The notes beneath the pieces were generated by a model that had not been told where the DNA came from, did no database searches, and was given only the letters and a program-made list of their open reading frames with translations. A DNA stretch of 64,000 bases, from assembly GCF_009914755.1 (NCBI RefSeq), contig NC_060932.1. One strand, given 5' to 3'. Below, piece after piece: positions 45,161 through 60,500 of this stretch. The position numbers were made by a program, and so were the translations under genes. The stretch is from the human T2T-CHM13v2.0 reference genome, Homo sapiens. The first letter of the stretch is position 1. Every line of letters begins with the position of its first letter.

Positions 45161-46159
45161 CTTGAACCTCCACCTCCAGTCGTCAGGCAAGATCAGTTCC
45201 TAAGGATCTCCTGGGGACTCTTTGTATGTCGGGATCTTTTGCCTTTTCTGCCATGGAGGGATGCAAGTGAAACAGAACTCAGTTCTTGTCCCCAAGAAAC
45301 TCACAAAGGAAATGGGATAAATACAATAAAAGACATATAAGCCCATCAATTCTTTGCTGATTTAAATGTTTCTAATTGTTCATTGTTTCTCCCAACTAAT
45401 GGATACCTGTTTTTTTCAGAGTGTTTCTTTACTCAATTCTAAAAGAGGTAATCACTCAAAAGTTATGGACAGATTTTAACCAGTTTATAGAATATATAAA
45501 GTGAGTTCATGTAATAATAGGCATTTTTGCTTCATAATTGCCAAAGAAAACAGGCATTTAAAGCCATTTAGTTGTGTGAATATAGTCTGTTAAATTTTCA
45601 CCACTGAAAGTTTCCAGTTTGTTAAAATGTTCTAAAGAATACCTAAATGCAGTAGCTTCCTACCTGAATAGTTTGTCTGTTTTGAGATAATTTAGTTTTT
45701 TATCTTGACAAAATTTTCATACAAAACTGCCTATTCTCTACTTGGTAGTCACAGTCTCAGAATTCTCCCCAGGGATTTTTATAATTTTCTAAAATATCTA
45801 GTATCAAATCGAATGAACTATCATTAAAAAAATAGACTCAATTGATTAAATAATCAGCACAGAGGTTCCAGGCATATCCCTTGTCTGTGCAGAGGGAGAC
45901 TTCACGCTTGGCGGAAGTACATGCTAGGGAGAGGTATGATTTGTGGGGTGTTCTAAAGCCCCCATTTAGGTTCCTTTATATTTTCATAGATAAGCTTTAT
46001 TATTTTGCGGAAAGATACCAAAGCTTTAAGGCTGTTGTTAATTACGCATTCCCCAGGATTGAGAGTGGGGGGACATGATCAGCCCTTATCAGCCTCTGAT
46101 ACCTCAGTAGGAATTAAGATCATATTTGAACTGAAAGCAACTAGGAGATTATTTACCAC

Positions 46160-46260
46160 TTATTCTTCACTTCACAGATGAGGAAACTGAAACCCAGAGG
46201 ACATACATCATTTGTCCACAGGGGTGATCACACCCAGTAATTAGCAACAGAGCTGAGACA
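46160..46260 (-). mobile_element. MIR core
   Basis: acagatgaggaaactgaaacccagag. Confidence 0.75.
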
Positions 46261-48534
46261 TCACAGTCGCATTTCCATTTCTGGGTGCTTGCACTAGGTT
46301 TCCAATTACGGGCACTTTTCCTGGGGCCCCACTGGCTGCGTTCAGCTCTGTGGGTGTCAGCTGGTGGCTCGGTGTCAGGCCTTCCTGGGACGCTAATGGG
46401 GCACCTTGATAGGAGAGGTCAGGGACATTCCCTGGGTGCACATGTGTGCATGCTTGTTTGCGGGGTTGGGAGATGAAGCCATGTGTGAGGGGAGGCCCAG
46501 AGGCAGCATGAAGCCAGTGGAAGCTGAGGGCAGAAGTGGTGCGAATCAGGGTACAATGCGTTGCTGCAATAAGTCTGCTCAGAGAGAGCCCCTGGGAGGA
46601 AGGGAGCACAGGCCAGCATTTGCATTGGGGTTCATCTTCTTCTACATTTTCATCAGGCAAGTGGAATGCCTGCTTTGTTCACAGTTCTGAAGGCAAGTTC
46701 TTATTTACACCAGATTTCTAGGGGTCTTTAGGGACCGTGAGCATGCTTTTCTCTGTTTCTCAACTCACAAGTGAATAGGGAGCAAAGTGCTTCGGTGTGA
46801 AGAAATCATTACAGCCCTCAGGATGAGCAATTAGCCCTTCTCCCCAGTGAAAATAGCCCCTTGGAGAAAGCCCTTGGAGCCCAGGGCACCAGAGAGCCAG
46901 TTTGTTTATTTCCTTTATTGGTGGTATTTGCTAAATTCTTGTCCCTAATGAGCTAATAGACCTTGGATGCACATAAAGGCCATTTATTTAGTTTGGTAGG
47001 TTTACATATTTAAAAGAAAACAAACCCCTTAGAGCACTGAAGAACAAAGTCATGCAGCTGCTTTAAAGTCTTAATTGTGACAGAAACAAGTCTTTTATTT
47101 TAAATCAGCAAAATAAAGTTAAGTGGAAAACTAAAAGCTCATGCCTGACAACCATATTTTCCCAAACAGATGGAATCCTTTTGGGTCTCAGAGACTATTT
47201 TACCAGTGTTTTTAATTCATAGCCTTAGAAAATCCTGACCCAAGTAATTTCTTTTTCAGAAACATCAGATTTACACCATTTGGGTTTTAGAAAACAATGA
47301 GAGGCTTCTAAAGTTAAAAATTATTACTTAGGGATTACAAACAAAAGCTTGAGTTCCTTACTGAAGGACATCAAGAAATGCATTTAATCAGATAAGTAAA
47401 TTTATTTCAACAATCTAAATTATAGTTTTATTCCCAAGTTAGCTTACGTAAACTGTCTTCTGTAGAAAATATGAAAGTTTGGTAAGATTAAATTGATACA
47501 AAGTTAATTGCACTCAAACTTTATTTGGGTTGTTAATAGATTTGATATTAAGCAAAAAGAAGTTAATTTTCTCATGACTAGAAGAATTTGTTTGAAGTTT
47601 CACATTAGATCTTATGAGGTACATTAAATTAAGTTCCCAATTTTATAATCAGAAATATGTCAATTAGATTTCTTTGAAGTTACTCCATGATAACTTGGAA
47701 AGTTATCACATTTATTAAGTCATAACTCTAAATGGGTCTTAGATTTTAGGGTAAGTAATATCTCAAAAGGAAAAAAATAGAAACTCAAGAATGTTCCAGG
47801 AGTCAACCTATTGAAAAGAAAACAGTGCTCTGAGTTTGATAGCTGGATATTAAGGTTCTCTGATCTTTGCTGTTCCTTTTATATTCCACGACCTGTTTAT
47901 ACCCTGGCAGCTAAAGCAATTGCTTTAGAAGAAAAAAATCAGACCATTCTCTATAAATGATTTGAAAAGCTGTTTTTCAAATAAAAAGAAATAGCGAAGT
48001 GCTCTTTTTAAAAACCTAACTTCTAAAATACTAAAAAAAAAAACCCACACACAAAGAAAATACTTGCTTTCAGAATGTTTATATTTCTATGTTTTAATTT
48101 CTTTTCAACTTAAAGAGTAGATTACCACCCCAAATTACTTTATTCTCCATTTAGTGAGGCTTCTGCCTTATTCCAGAAAGCAGCCAACATTTTGGCTGCA
48201 CCTGGTTAAATTTGTTTTCTTTCATATTTTGTGGGAGCACAAGACTCAATGCTAAGGGACACCTAAATAATTTCAAACATTTTTTTCCCACTTAAATTTA
48301 TGACATCTTGATAATTACCATAAAGCATAATTGATACCAGTTAAAATGATCTATTATTCAATGCAGCTGAATTTTGTATATTACTCCAAATGACAACAGT
48401 GACATAGTGCATGGCTATAAACTCAGGTATGACTGTGATACTACAAGGGATATTTTGTTTATATCTGCTCTGTACTTACAGAACAGGCAGGCTGTAAATT
48501 GAGCTTACTGCTGATTTACTGGGCTCATAGATTT

Positions 48535-48720
48535 ATTACTCATACATTCAATACATTCCATAAAGAGTTCTCAAACACCTGTTATGTGTCAAGCATCTTG
48601 TTCTGCATTGCAGACAGCTTGATGGAAAAACACAAACACCCGCTTGAGGAACAGCCTGAAGATGGGGCTTCAGTGTGTGCTTCTGTGGGGGCACCCGGGG
48701 AAATGCGGAATCCTCACCTA
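48535..48720 (-). mobile_element. L2 3'-end fragment
   Basis: cattcaatacatt...aacacctgttatgtgtcaagca. Confidence 0.5.
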
Positions 48721-49169
48721 ACTCAGAAGGGGAGCCATCTGTTACTTGTCTTAAGGAGATCAGCTGTGGTACTGGTGAATACTGCACATGTATCACTTAT
48801 GCTATGGTTGTAGAGCTACTGAACAAAATCAGAATTTAATTTTACTTTGGTAAGAGCCACAAACAAGCCTGGAAGCAGTAGTATTGGAGAACCAACATGA
48901 GAAAGGGTGTTTCTGTGGGTAGCAAGGAAGAGATTCTCTCAGGAGATACAAAGGAAGTGACAGAATGCCAACCTCTCATTCTTCTCCGGAGTCCAGATGG
49001 ACATTGGTGATAACGGGAGCCAGTACAGAAGCTCTCCGGGGATGACAGGGGAGCAATGCCTGGTCCTGTTGATCCCTGCTGAAAGGAAGACTTCCTCCTA
49101 GGTGGTGGGGTTTCCCCTCCTCAGGAGTCATACAATTTCTGGGCTGCCTCTTGTCAGGCTACCAGCCAT

Positions 49170-49548
49170 TGATGACTATTGTCTAAATCTGTCACTTTCT
49201 TAGAAATTGTAAAATGGCAAAATTCTAATTTTTTACCTATTTTTCATTTATTAGCTAGAATACTTCTATAGAGAGAAACTTCCCCTTATCCATTCTTAGG
49301 TTAACCTGAGTATAGAAAAGACAGGATGAATGTTTAGTAGTTTTCAAAATAATGTGTGGTTTCTGTCTGTATTCCAAACACAGTGCATGTTTAATACATA
49401 TGAATGTATAGGTTTAATTTAATTATATTTAATGTTTTGTTACATTTCAGTTATTATCCTCATTGCTACTCAAATCAACCTATTTATATCTAGCAGGTGT
49501 CTTTGAAACAACCCTAGGAGTGTGATAGCTTCCATGTTTGCTGTTATG
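49170..49548 (-). mobile_element. L1MC4/5-like fragment
   Basis: ttcatttattagctagaatacttctatagagagaaacttcccc...aaaagacaggatgaatg. Confidence 0.6.
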
Positions 49549-49549
49549 A

Positions 49550-50082
49550 CCAGATAGTAAAAATTTTAGGCTTTGCAGGTCGTAAAGTCTGTGTTGCAAT
49601 TACCATTAGATGGTATGTCAATAAATGAGTGTGGCTGTGTTTATTTCTAGTCTTGGCCGCAGAAGCGAGATGATGAAGGGAACGTCATCATTTGGAAAGC
49701 ATTGCAATAAGACGTACACGTTATGCCACCACTGTGGCTCTAAGGCCTACCACCTTCAGAAGTCGACCTATGGCAAATGTGGCTACACTGCCAAGCGCAA
49801 GAGAAAGTATAACTGGAGTACCAAGGCTAAAAGACGAAATACCACCAGAACTGGTCAAATGAGGCACCTAAAAATTGTATACCATAGATTCAGGCATGGA
49901 TTCCGTGAAGGAACAACACCTAAACCCAAGAGGGCAGCTGTTGCAGCATCCAGTTCATCTTAATGTCAACGATTAGTCATGCAATAAATGTTCTGGTTTT
50001 AAAAAATACAAAATAAATAAATAAATAAATAAAAAATAAATTAAAAAAGACAGCCCTACAGGCCAATTTTTTGTGGACTCCT
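49550..50082 (-). mobile_element. MER58A DNA transposon split by the RPL37 retrocopy
   Basis: ccagatagtaaaaattttaggctttgcagg...tgagtgtggctgtgtt before; aaagacag..caggcc..tttgtggactcctg after. Confidence 0.75.
49644..50048 (+). pseudogene. RPL37: RPL37 (eL37) processed pseudogene; open 97-codon frame at 49670-49963
   Basis: Intronless [10 protein letters not shown]...[11 protein letters not shown], 12 substitutions versus RPL37 as I recall it; 5'UTR remnant tttctagtcttggccgcagaagcgagATG; AATAAA at 49983; A-rich tail. The symbol refers to the parent gene; I cannot assign the pseudogene number. Confidence 0.97.
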
Positions 50083-50779
50083 GTTCTAAAATAATCACAA
50101 TCTGTGTACTAAGACAAAAATGCCTAGCAAATGCACATCATTAAGTGTATTTAATCCTTGCTCTATCTCGTGATCCTACCAAAATGTATTTCTATTTAAC
50201 TAGTCAGAAAAGGAAAAGAGGCAATCATGGAGAAGAGGTAGAGTGAATGGTAGGGGCGATGGCATTGCTTTGATAAAATAATAATGCTTCTTATCGCGAT
50301 TAAAAACATATCTCTATATATACTCATAGATGTATAAAAATATAAATCTTTGTATGTGTACAAGTGTATGTACACATGTATGCAAATGTCTCAGGTTGCT
50401 TAGTTTCGTACTTTTGTAACTGAAGGGCTATATTTAATCAGACATCTTAAAAACCCGCTGGCAAGGCTTTCTTGGGGGTGCTTGGTGTTACTGTTTGTAG
50501 ATTCCCAGAATCTCAGGGTTAGATGGATTCTCACCTTAAATAGTATAACCCTTCCAGTGGGCGACTTCCTTTATGAATCAACCAGCAACCAGCCATTCAA
50601 AAGCCATTTGAATGCCTCTAGTGATAAGAGGCTCACTTCCTCCGGAAGCTGACCATTCTTGAATGATTCTTTAAATGATTTTCTTAGTGGTAAGCCCACA
50701 TCTGTACCTTTTTGAATCACTTCTGTAAGGAAGTCATTTCCAGCCAACTGGTTTCATCGAATTCGTCTTTTACAGGCTT

Positions 50780-50950
50780 TCCTATGGCCTGCACCTCTTT
50801 GTAGAATTTGTCACCGCTGTATATGTGGGTATTTGATTAGTTACTCCCTCCTGTGCTAGACTGTAAGCTTCAAGAGGGCAAGGATACGGTTTTTACTCAC
50901 TTTGTATACCAAACATCTAGCACATAGCAGAGTCTCAAGAAATAATTGTT
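50780..50950 (+). mobile_element. L2 3' end
   Basis: ctagactgtaagcttcaagagggcaagga...ctagcacatagcag. Confidence 0.65.
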
Positions 50951-52379
50951 AAGTGAAAACATTTGTTGCTATTTTTCCCTCTATAGTTATATAAAATAAG
51001 TGCAACCCACTAAAATATCCACTGGCAGTACCACACTCCTCTTAAATATTATTTTTCCTAAGGTAAATATCTAAAGCCTCCTCAATAATTCCTTTTGTTG
51101 GAAAGCTTTTGATTTTTTTGTTGTTGTTGTTGCCTTCCTTTGAACAGCTTCCAATGGGGCACTCAAATTTGACCAATACCCCAGATGTACCTTGACCAGA
51201 TCAGGTTTAGAATGGGACCATCATGTCCTTATTGTAGAGACAGAAACAACCATTAGCATTTGGTAAGAACATTGTATAGCTGATTTATGTGATGCATTAA
51301 AAATATTTTGTCTTACTTGTATACTTCTGAGTGTAGACTGAATCTGATGGCAGTTAACACTATCATGATGCTTGATTTATGCAAATCCACTGCGTTCCCA
51401 GTTGCTGTTTTCCTTCCTGAATTATATTGCTTTATTTAAATGTCCTGCTTATTTATTTTATATTGGGAGCCGATGTGTGTGATCTCTGAGTAGTACAACT
51501 GAACATAAATACATTACTACTCTTTAAACAATTTTAAAACTGAGAGAGTTCCTCTATACATACCACTGGGCAGCCTTCTTCCCCAATTATTTAAGTCTTC
51601 CCTGACGTCAGAAAAATAACACACCATTTCAGTTGGTTAGGAGTTGATCTTTGCATAGCATACTCTTTTAGGATCTTATTTTCAACATATCTTGATTTCT
51701 AAATACCTACAAACCTGTAGTTTCCAAGCTGCTCCTTGTTTCACATGATTTCTGGAGAGAACAGCAGCTTATCAGTTTCCACGTCCCTGATACAGGCCCC
51801 TCTCTGCTCCAGCAAAGCTAGTCTTTCCATGGGATTTGCAGTAGTAATTGAGTATCTGGATCAGGCATCTTCTGTCATGAATTCCTTCCTTGGAATACAT
51901 TCAGCAACTGTCTAACCTCATCTCTCTCACAAACAACATAGGCCTGAAACATAGTGATCTCTCTTATTAATTAAAGGCACAAAGAGCTTGGGACCTGCTG
52001 CTCTGAGGGATTCCAGACCATCAAGGGCTCTGGCAAATAGCTGACCCAGGCAGAAATGCTGGCCAGCCTCTTCCCTTCTAGGGTGTGGACTCATCTGACT
52101 TTCATTCATTTAAGGAGGAGAGAATGCACTGATATAGATTTCCTCTCTGCCTTTATCATAATATTTCACAGGCACCACAGTTGTGGGTGTAAACTTGGAT
52201 GATAAAATGCAAACAATGTAGGATTTTTTTGTTCAACTTTGGATACAAAGATGAGTTTAGTGTCCCTATTCTCTTTTCTACCTTCTTCTGGTCAACCTCA
52301 GATACTGCTATAATGCCTGCTATGTCTTTGTTCATTGGAGCCTCACATCTTCCTTTCCTAAGCTTTAGGTCCAGGATTT

Positions 52380-52780
52380 TCATTGCCAGTTGGGCATCTC
52401 CATCTAGATTTTATAATGTTTTCTCAAACTGAAAGTATATAAAATCAACATCATCAACTTTTTCTCCAAATTCTTTCAAAATCCTATCTTTCTCTTAATA
52501 CTAATAACAGCTATTTGGTTCCTCAGACTCAACACCTTGGAGTCATCTTTGCCACCCTTGTGTTGGTCTTATGTGTGCATAAAGCTTGCACTGCTGGAAA
52601 GCCTCTTACTTGCTCCTCCACCTCAAACCTTCAATCCATTCTATGTACTTGAATCTTTCACAAGCATGACCACTAGACTGGAAGTCTTACAAGGGTAGGG
52701 GCTGTTATTTTCTGGTTCACGGCTGTCTTCCTAACACAGAAAACCATGTCTGGGGCACTCAAAAAATTTCTTGAATGACT
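52380..52780 (+). mobile_element. L2 fragments
   Basis: aacaccttggagtcatctttg...ctagactggaagtcttacaagggtagggg...ttcttgaatga. Confidence 0.55.
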
Positions 52781-52839
52781 TAGAAACTTCATAAGTTTTC
52801 ATATGTTATTGCATGATGAAGAACTCCCAGCTTGGTATT

Positions 52840-53199
52840 TGATATGGCTAGGCTTTGTGTCTCTACCCAAATCTTATCTTGAATTGTAATCCCCAGGTAT
52901 AGAGGGAGAGAACTGGTGGGAGGTGATTGGATTATGGGGGTGGTTCCCCTATGCTGTTCTTGTGATAGTGAATTTTCATGAGATCTGATGGTTTTATAAA
53001 TGGTAGGTTTTCCTGCGCACACACACGTTATCTCTCACCTGCCGCCACATAAGACGTGTCTGCTTGCCCTTCCACCATGATTGTAAGTTTCCTGAGGCCT
53101 CCCCAGCCATGTGAAACTGTGAGTCAATTAAACTTCTCTTCTTTATAAATTACCCAGTGTCGAGCAGTTCTTTATAGCAGGACTGCCTGCACTAATACA
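52840..53199 (+). mobile_element. THE1D-like solo LTR
   Basis: TGATATGG...actaataCA; perfect 5-bp TSD gtatt. Confidence 0.92.
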
Positions 53200-54574
53200 G
53201 TATTGCAGGTGTTCCATGACTCAGCACTCTTTTACTATTCAAAATCAAAGCAGTTCCCCAGAATTCATCTCAAAAGGATAAATACAATTACTACGCAGCT
53301 TACTCTGCTGAGAAGCAACTGTAACTAGGATTTTTGTTGTTGTTGTTGTTAACAAAGAGGTCTGCACGAAAGACAATGGTTTTCCTAGTCCTTTGCTCAG
53401 ACATAATCACAGGTATAGAAAAGGAAAAAAAGAATATCCTGATATCATTGGGACCACTTATGATGAGGGCAAAGTTTTAATTTGAAACTAATCCAGGGTG
53501 TGGTAAAACTGCCAAACTTTTCTCATGGTTTTGAAACAGTGGAAATGCTTTAATTTTGAATAATTTAATCGGTCAAACTTAACAATTAATAGGAAAAAAA
53601 TCATGGCCAATTTTAAGGTCTACTAATTTATACACAGTTAAACTCCACAAGTATTTGTTTAGTAAGTGATTCCCGGCTATTCGTTTTCATGGAAGAGGTG
53701 GTCTCCTTAAAACTGCATTTTTTTGGAGTATGATATAGAATGATGGGAAGGGAGGGTGAGATGTCAAAAGGAACCGTATAAAGGAGGCACCTTGGGCTCA
53801 GCTGTCGGCTAATTAGTTAAGCTTTTGAATAGCAGGAAACAGCAGCAGAAAATGAAACAATTGAGCCCAAAGAGCTGGTTTTGGAAATGGGCAGAAAAAG
53901 CCGTTTCACTTGCTGTGTGGACAGCGGTATCGAGGAGGCCACTATTTTACAAAGCTTCAGCTCGTGAATGCCTAGAATTTTAGATTAAAGTACACTCATT
54001 TGGCTTAAAATTTTATTTACTAATTTTGCAGAATGACCCTTAGGTGGTAAAACGTTGCACCTTTGCAGTCTTTTATACCTTTAAAACTGATTTCATTTGC
54101 AATCATTTCCTCAGAGAGGGGAAAGTTAAAGGGCACCCGGGTGGCTCATAGGAGCATTCACAGGGCACATACCAATTGGGGAAATGGTGAAAGAAGAAGA
54201 TAACACTCAAATTTCACAGTTTTGACAAGGGCCACTGACTTTCCATTCATTTGTTCTGTAAGTAATTATTGAACTCCAAAGGTGTCTTTTTTGAGTAATG
54301 TGTTTGCATAGGCCAGGTGTAAGTTCCCAGAGTTGATGTAAATATTTCTTAGGGTGAGGACCTGTATAGCAGGGAGCATGGAGAGAGTGGCAAGTTACCA
54401 TGGTCTGGTGATCTGAATGAGGGCACTAGAAGGAATATTGTAGCCAGGCTTTCCCTTGCTGTGGCCTCCCGCTATTGTTTCTACCACCACTGCTTCAACT
54501 TGTTTTTAGAGGCTGTGCTTAGAGTTCATATCACAGGGTTGTCTGCATATACGTAAGACTGACGGTCATATATG

Positions 54575-55651
<1,077 letters not shown>

Positions 55652-55659
55652 TCGATCAG

Positions 55660-55810
55660 GCAGTTTTTAAGCTTTTTGGTGGGGCAGGTGGGGAAGGGAT
55701 GCACAGACCTCTTTGGAAAGCTTATGAAAACCATGAATCTTCTCCCTAGGAAATGCATACACAAAAAGACACGTAAAATTTTGCTCACAGTGACAATGGG
55801 TTCAGAGGTT
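55660..55810 (-). mobile_element. Small hAT element (Charlie4z-like)
   Basis: gacctctttg...tgaaaaccatgaatcttctccctaggaaatgcatacac...aaaattttgc; family name from memory. Confidence 0.45.
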
Positions 55811-56419
55811 AGTTTAATTTACTTAACATTGATTGGACTTATTGGTGTGTGGATCAAGTGTAGGATGACCGCACAGTCCAATTTGTCCTGTGCCATTCCT
55901 TCCTTGTACCTGGAACCGTGGTGTTTCATCCAGTTAGTGCTCCCTTTCAGCCTCAAAATTTCCTATTTGGATAATAAATTTTGTAGTGACCTTAGGGGCT
56001 CACATATCCTCTAACCTGACTCAGACCTTCCAGCAATTCACGGATCCACTTCAGGACTTCTGTTTTCTCACCATGCTGGCCACTGACCGCCACAGCACCT
56101 TTGCTTGGAGGATCCTTTGAGCAGTCATGCCGCTCTTTCTCAAGCCGCCTCTCCATATCCCATGTTCCCCGTCAAAGCAAATGCCTTTTGAAAAGCATTT
56201 GTCTTCTGCCAAGATTCAGTCATCTTTTATCTCTTCCGAATCTCTGTATTCTTCTGAATTCCTCCCATTTATTCCCTCGTTTATTCCAGCATAGTATTAC
56301 TTTATATGGCTTATTCATTGCTTCATGGGTCAGTTTTATTTCTCCAGCTAATGGCAGTGCGATGAAGGGGAAAATGCACAGGCTGATTAGCAAGTGCGCA
56401 AACAAACATAAGTTTCATA

Positions 56420-56545
56420 GCTGCTCTGAGACTCAGTTTCCCCATTTGTGAATTAGATACATTACCTAGTTTGTAGGGCTGTTGAGAGGTTTATATGAAA
56501 ACCGCACAGTGCCTGCCATAGAATGATTCACAGTATTGATTATCA
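56420..56545 (+). mobile_element. MIR SINE
   Basis: ctcagtttccccatttgtgaa...agggctgttgagagg...cacagtgcctg. Confidence 0.7.
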
Positions 56546-57186
56546 ACTTCATTTATACTGCCCTCCCCCTCCCCCTGAGATTCTCTCACAAGGCTGAGCT
56601 CTAGTCAGTGAATAGTAACCATGTCAGAGGAGGAGGCTGAACATACTGTCTATAGTTATTGGTGAAATAAAAAAGGCAGTTTGGGCACAGTAGCTAGAAG
56701 AACAAATATGTTTTCAGAGATTTTTGTAGTAATTAATTACTGGTGTTTTTTTTTTTTAATTTGCCAACAACTTGATGTTTTCACCTACTATCTTTTGTTT
56801 ACATTCCACAACGCTTCTCGAGGAAGATCGTCATCACAATAGGGCAAAATGTGGTCACTCAACCACAGAAAAGTGGACATTTTCTTGGGAATTTCATCGT
56901 ATCTTGAATGGCTTCTTCCTTTTCATTTTCCTTAAATGTTTAATATCCTGAGCAAGTCCACCTGAGCCATTTCTCAGTCACACAGATTTTTCCCTTATAT
57001 TATCTTTGTCTACCAAGTTAAGATTTTCCTATAGCTCTTCACAGAGCCCAGTTTCTTTCTGATTCTTTTTAGGAAGAACTAAGATTTCCCTTCCTCCCTT
57101 TCTCCCTTTCTTCCTTTCTTTTTCTTTTTTATATAGAAGAAAAAAAAATCCCCAAATGTCCCACTTACTCCTTTGCTGCTTTTTCT

Positions 57187-57460
57187 GTCTTGGTTTGTCG
57201 CCCAGGCTGGAGTGCATTAGTGCCATCTCTGCTCACTGCAACCTCCGCCTCCCTGGTTCAAGGAATTCTCCTGCCTCAGCCTCCTGAGTAGCTGGGACTA
57301 CAGGCTTGTGCCACCATGCCTGGCTAATTTTTGTATTTTTAGTAGAGATGGGGTTTCACCATGTTGGTTAGGCTGGTCTCGAACTCCAGACCTCAGGTGA
57401 TCTGCCCACCTCGGCCTCCCAAAGTGCTGGTATTATGGGTGTGAACCACTGTGCCCGGCC
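57187..57460 (-). mobile_element. AluSx-like (3' end eroded)
   Basis: Both monomers present; gacctcaggtgatc. Confidence 0.93.
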
Positions 57461-57475
57461 TGCAAGTCCTAATTC

Positions 57476-58270
<795 letters not shown>

Positions 58271-59774
58271 GAAGTCCAAATTCTAAATTCAATTCCCTTT
58301 CTTCCATGGCTTAGGTTTGCTGACTACGTGTAATAGTCTACTTAATCAATAGTCAAGGAGCAATATTCTTAGTTTTGTAACTATGGTTAAGCTCTGGGAA
58401 GAGAAAAGAAAAAGACACATTGTTTTCATACTGGTTTTATTTCAAAACAAACTCAATTACCATATATTGGAAAAACCATTTTCTCAAGTTCAAGATGACA
58501 CAGGTGACCTGTGTTCTGGAGAAATACATGTGTTCATTCATGTCAGTCTCCTTCCTTGATGGTGTTCTGCCAGGAAAGGCAAGCACTGCCAACCAGGCAG
58601 TAGACCACATCTGGCAGTCACTGTGCTTGTTGGTCACACACAGGAGCGTTTGTGTATCCTGTGCCCTCCTGGAATTTCCTTTGAACTCTCAGGAGAGTCA
58701 GAGCTTTGGACACACATCATCTGCAGTTCAAAGTATTCAGAAGCAATTAGACTGCAGCTTTCAGTCAATTAGTTAACTACCTTTTAAAAGGCAATGTGTT
58801 TATGTGATCTGAAGAGAAATCAGAGAATTTACCTGCCTTTCTATCATTTTGACAGCAGCTTGTCTTTTCAATGACATTCTCAGGAATAAAAATTCCTCGT
58901 ACATGAATAATCTCCAAACATCATCATCAGAAATAGTACCAATTATGTGTGGTCACAAGTGTGTTCCCTCAGGGTGATCTGGGAAAAAAAGAAGCAACAC
59001 GAAACCAAACAAGCAGAGCAAAGACCACTGTCCTTATAGTTCCTACTGAAAAGCAAAAAGAAACAAAGGAACACCTGCTTGTATGTGATGCTCCATGCTT
59101 TTGGTGGTGCTGGAAGAGCCTCGTGCCAAGTAGCACCTCCTGTGCTGGGTCAGGTTCCCCAGGCACCAGTGCTTTTTCCACACGCCCTCTCATATCATTA
59201 GAGACAAGTGCCCTGACCTGGATGTGATGGGCCTTGACTTTTGGTGTGATCTCAACAAAGTCAGTGCACTCTCAGTATTTCTAGTATTTCTATTTTTTTT
59301 GGATGCTTGGATTAGAGAAATAAATATAAGGCGTTGGTTCATTAAATTCCAAAATCATTGCAGAGCTTCTTTATTCAACATACATGAGAAGAGAGAGAGA
59401 GAGAGAGGAGCTGACTTCCTCAGGCTGTTTAGCTGGTTGGTGTTGTATGCTGTGTGTTTTTGCTTTTCTTCTCTAGTATCCCCAGCCTTCTCCAGTTGAG
59501 GAATTTGGGACTCAGACGGGCTTTGTGGAGCTCCATCAAGGATTCAGAGCCAGTCAGCAGAGAAGACAGGACTGGATCTCGGGTCTGTCTGACTCCATAT
59601 GCCTTTCTCCCCTTCCTGTCTACACTGCCATGTGCGAGACAGATTTATTTGGGAATCAGGACAACATTTGATGAATTGAGAGCTAAAAATGGATAGACAA
59701 ATGTCAAGCTCATTTGCCTGGCCACTTCTGTATCCTTTAAATTCTAATTGCCCCTCTCCAGTAATACCAAGAAA

Positions 59775-59980
59775 CATGAGTGCTTAGCATATGCCAGAAA
59801 CACTATCAAAGTTACTTACCCATATTAAGACTTTTAATCCTTATAGCAACTCTGTGAGGACTGTACTGTCTCATCTCTATTCTGCACCCAAGGAAACTGA
59901 AGCAGGAGAGGACCTACCTCTTGCAGGCTTGGGATGTGAGTCCAGGCAGGTGGCTTCAAAGCCTGTTCTTAACCACCTCA
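59775..59980 (-). mobile_element. MIR SINE
   Basis: tttaatccttatagcaactctgtgagg...aggaaactgaagca...ttcttaaccac. Confidence 0.75.
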
Positions 59981-60259
59981 CAATACTTCCTCCCATCTCC
60001 TCTTCTCACCTACTGCCTCTCCTCCCCTCCTATGACCACGTCTGTGGCCATCCCACCAATATCCTCGCCTTAGGCCTGCCCTCTCCAGAGTTCTACAGAC
60101 AGTGGGATGAATCTGGCAAGTTCCTTCAGGCCCTCAGTTGCCTGGAACTGATCTGATTTGCTACTACACAGTAACAGAGCTTAGGACATGTGGAAGAAAA
60201 TTAAGGATAATAAGGAAGCATGGAGGGGGGAGAATCTTTGGAAGAGAAGATGTTGATAT

Positions 60260-60500
60260 ATTCATTTATCACTCAATAATTTCATTGAGATTTCACTGGG
60301 TACAAAACATTGTTCCAGCCAGATGTTGGAGGAGGACACAAAATGGTTCACAAGGTCTCAGCCTTTAAGGAACATAGGATCTGACAGGAAAATAAAGCAG
60401 AGAGCATTATGTTTTGAAATGGTAAGAGTTGAAGATACTCAAGGAAAACATCATCTGTCATTACCGGAGCACACTGAGAAATGCTGGGATGAATCTGAGG
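60260..60500 (-). mobile_element. L2 3' end
   Basis: ttcatttatcactcaataatttcattgag...ggtctcagcctttaaggaac. Confidence 0.5.

Noticed and set aside
46241-46721. GC-richer patch with overlapping ORFs
   Set aside because: No recognisable domain or exon structure.
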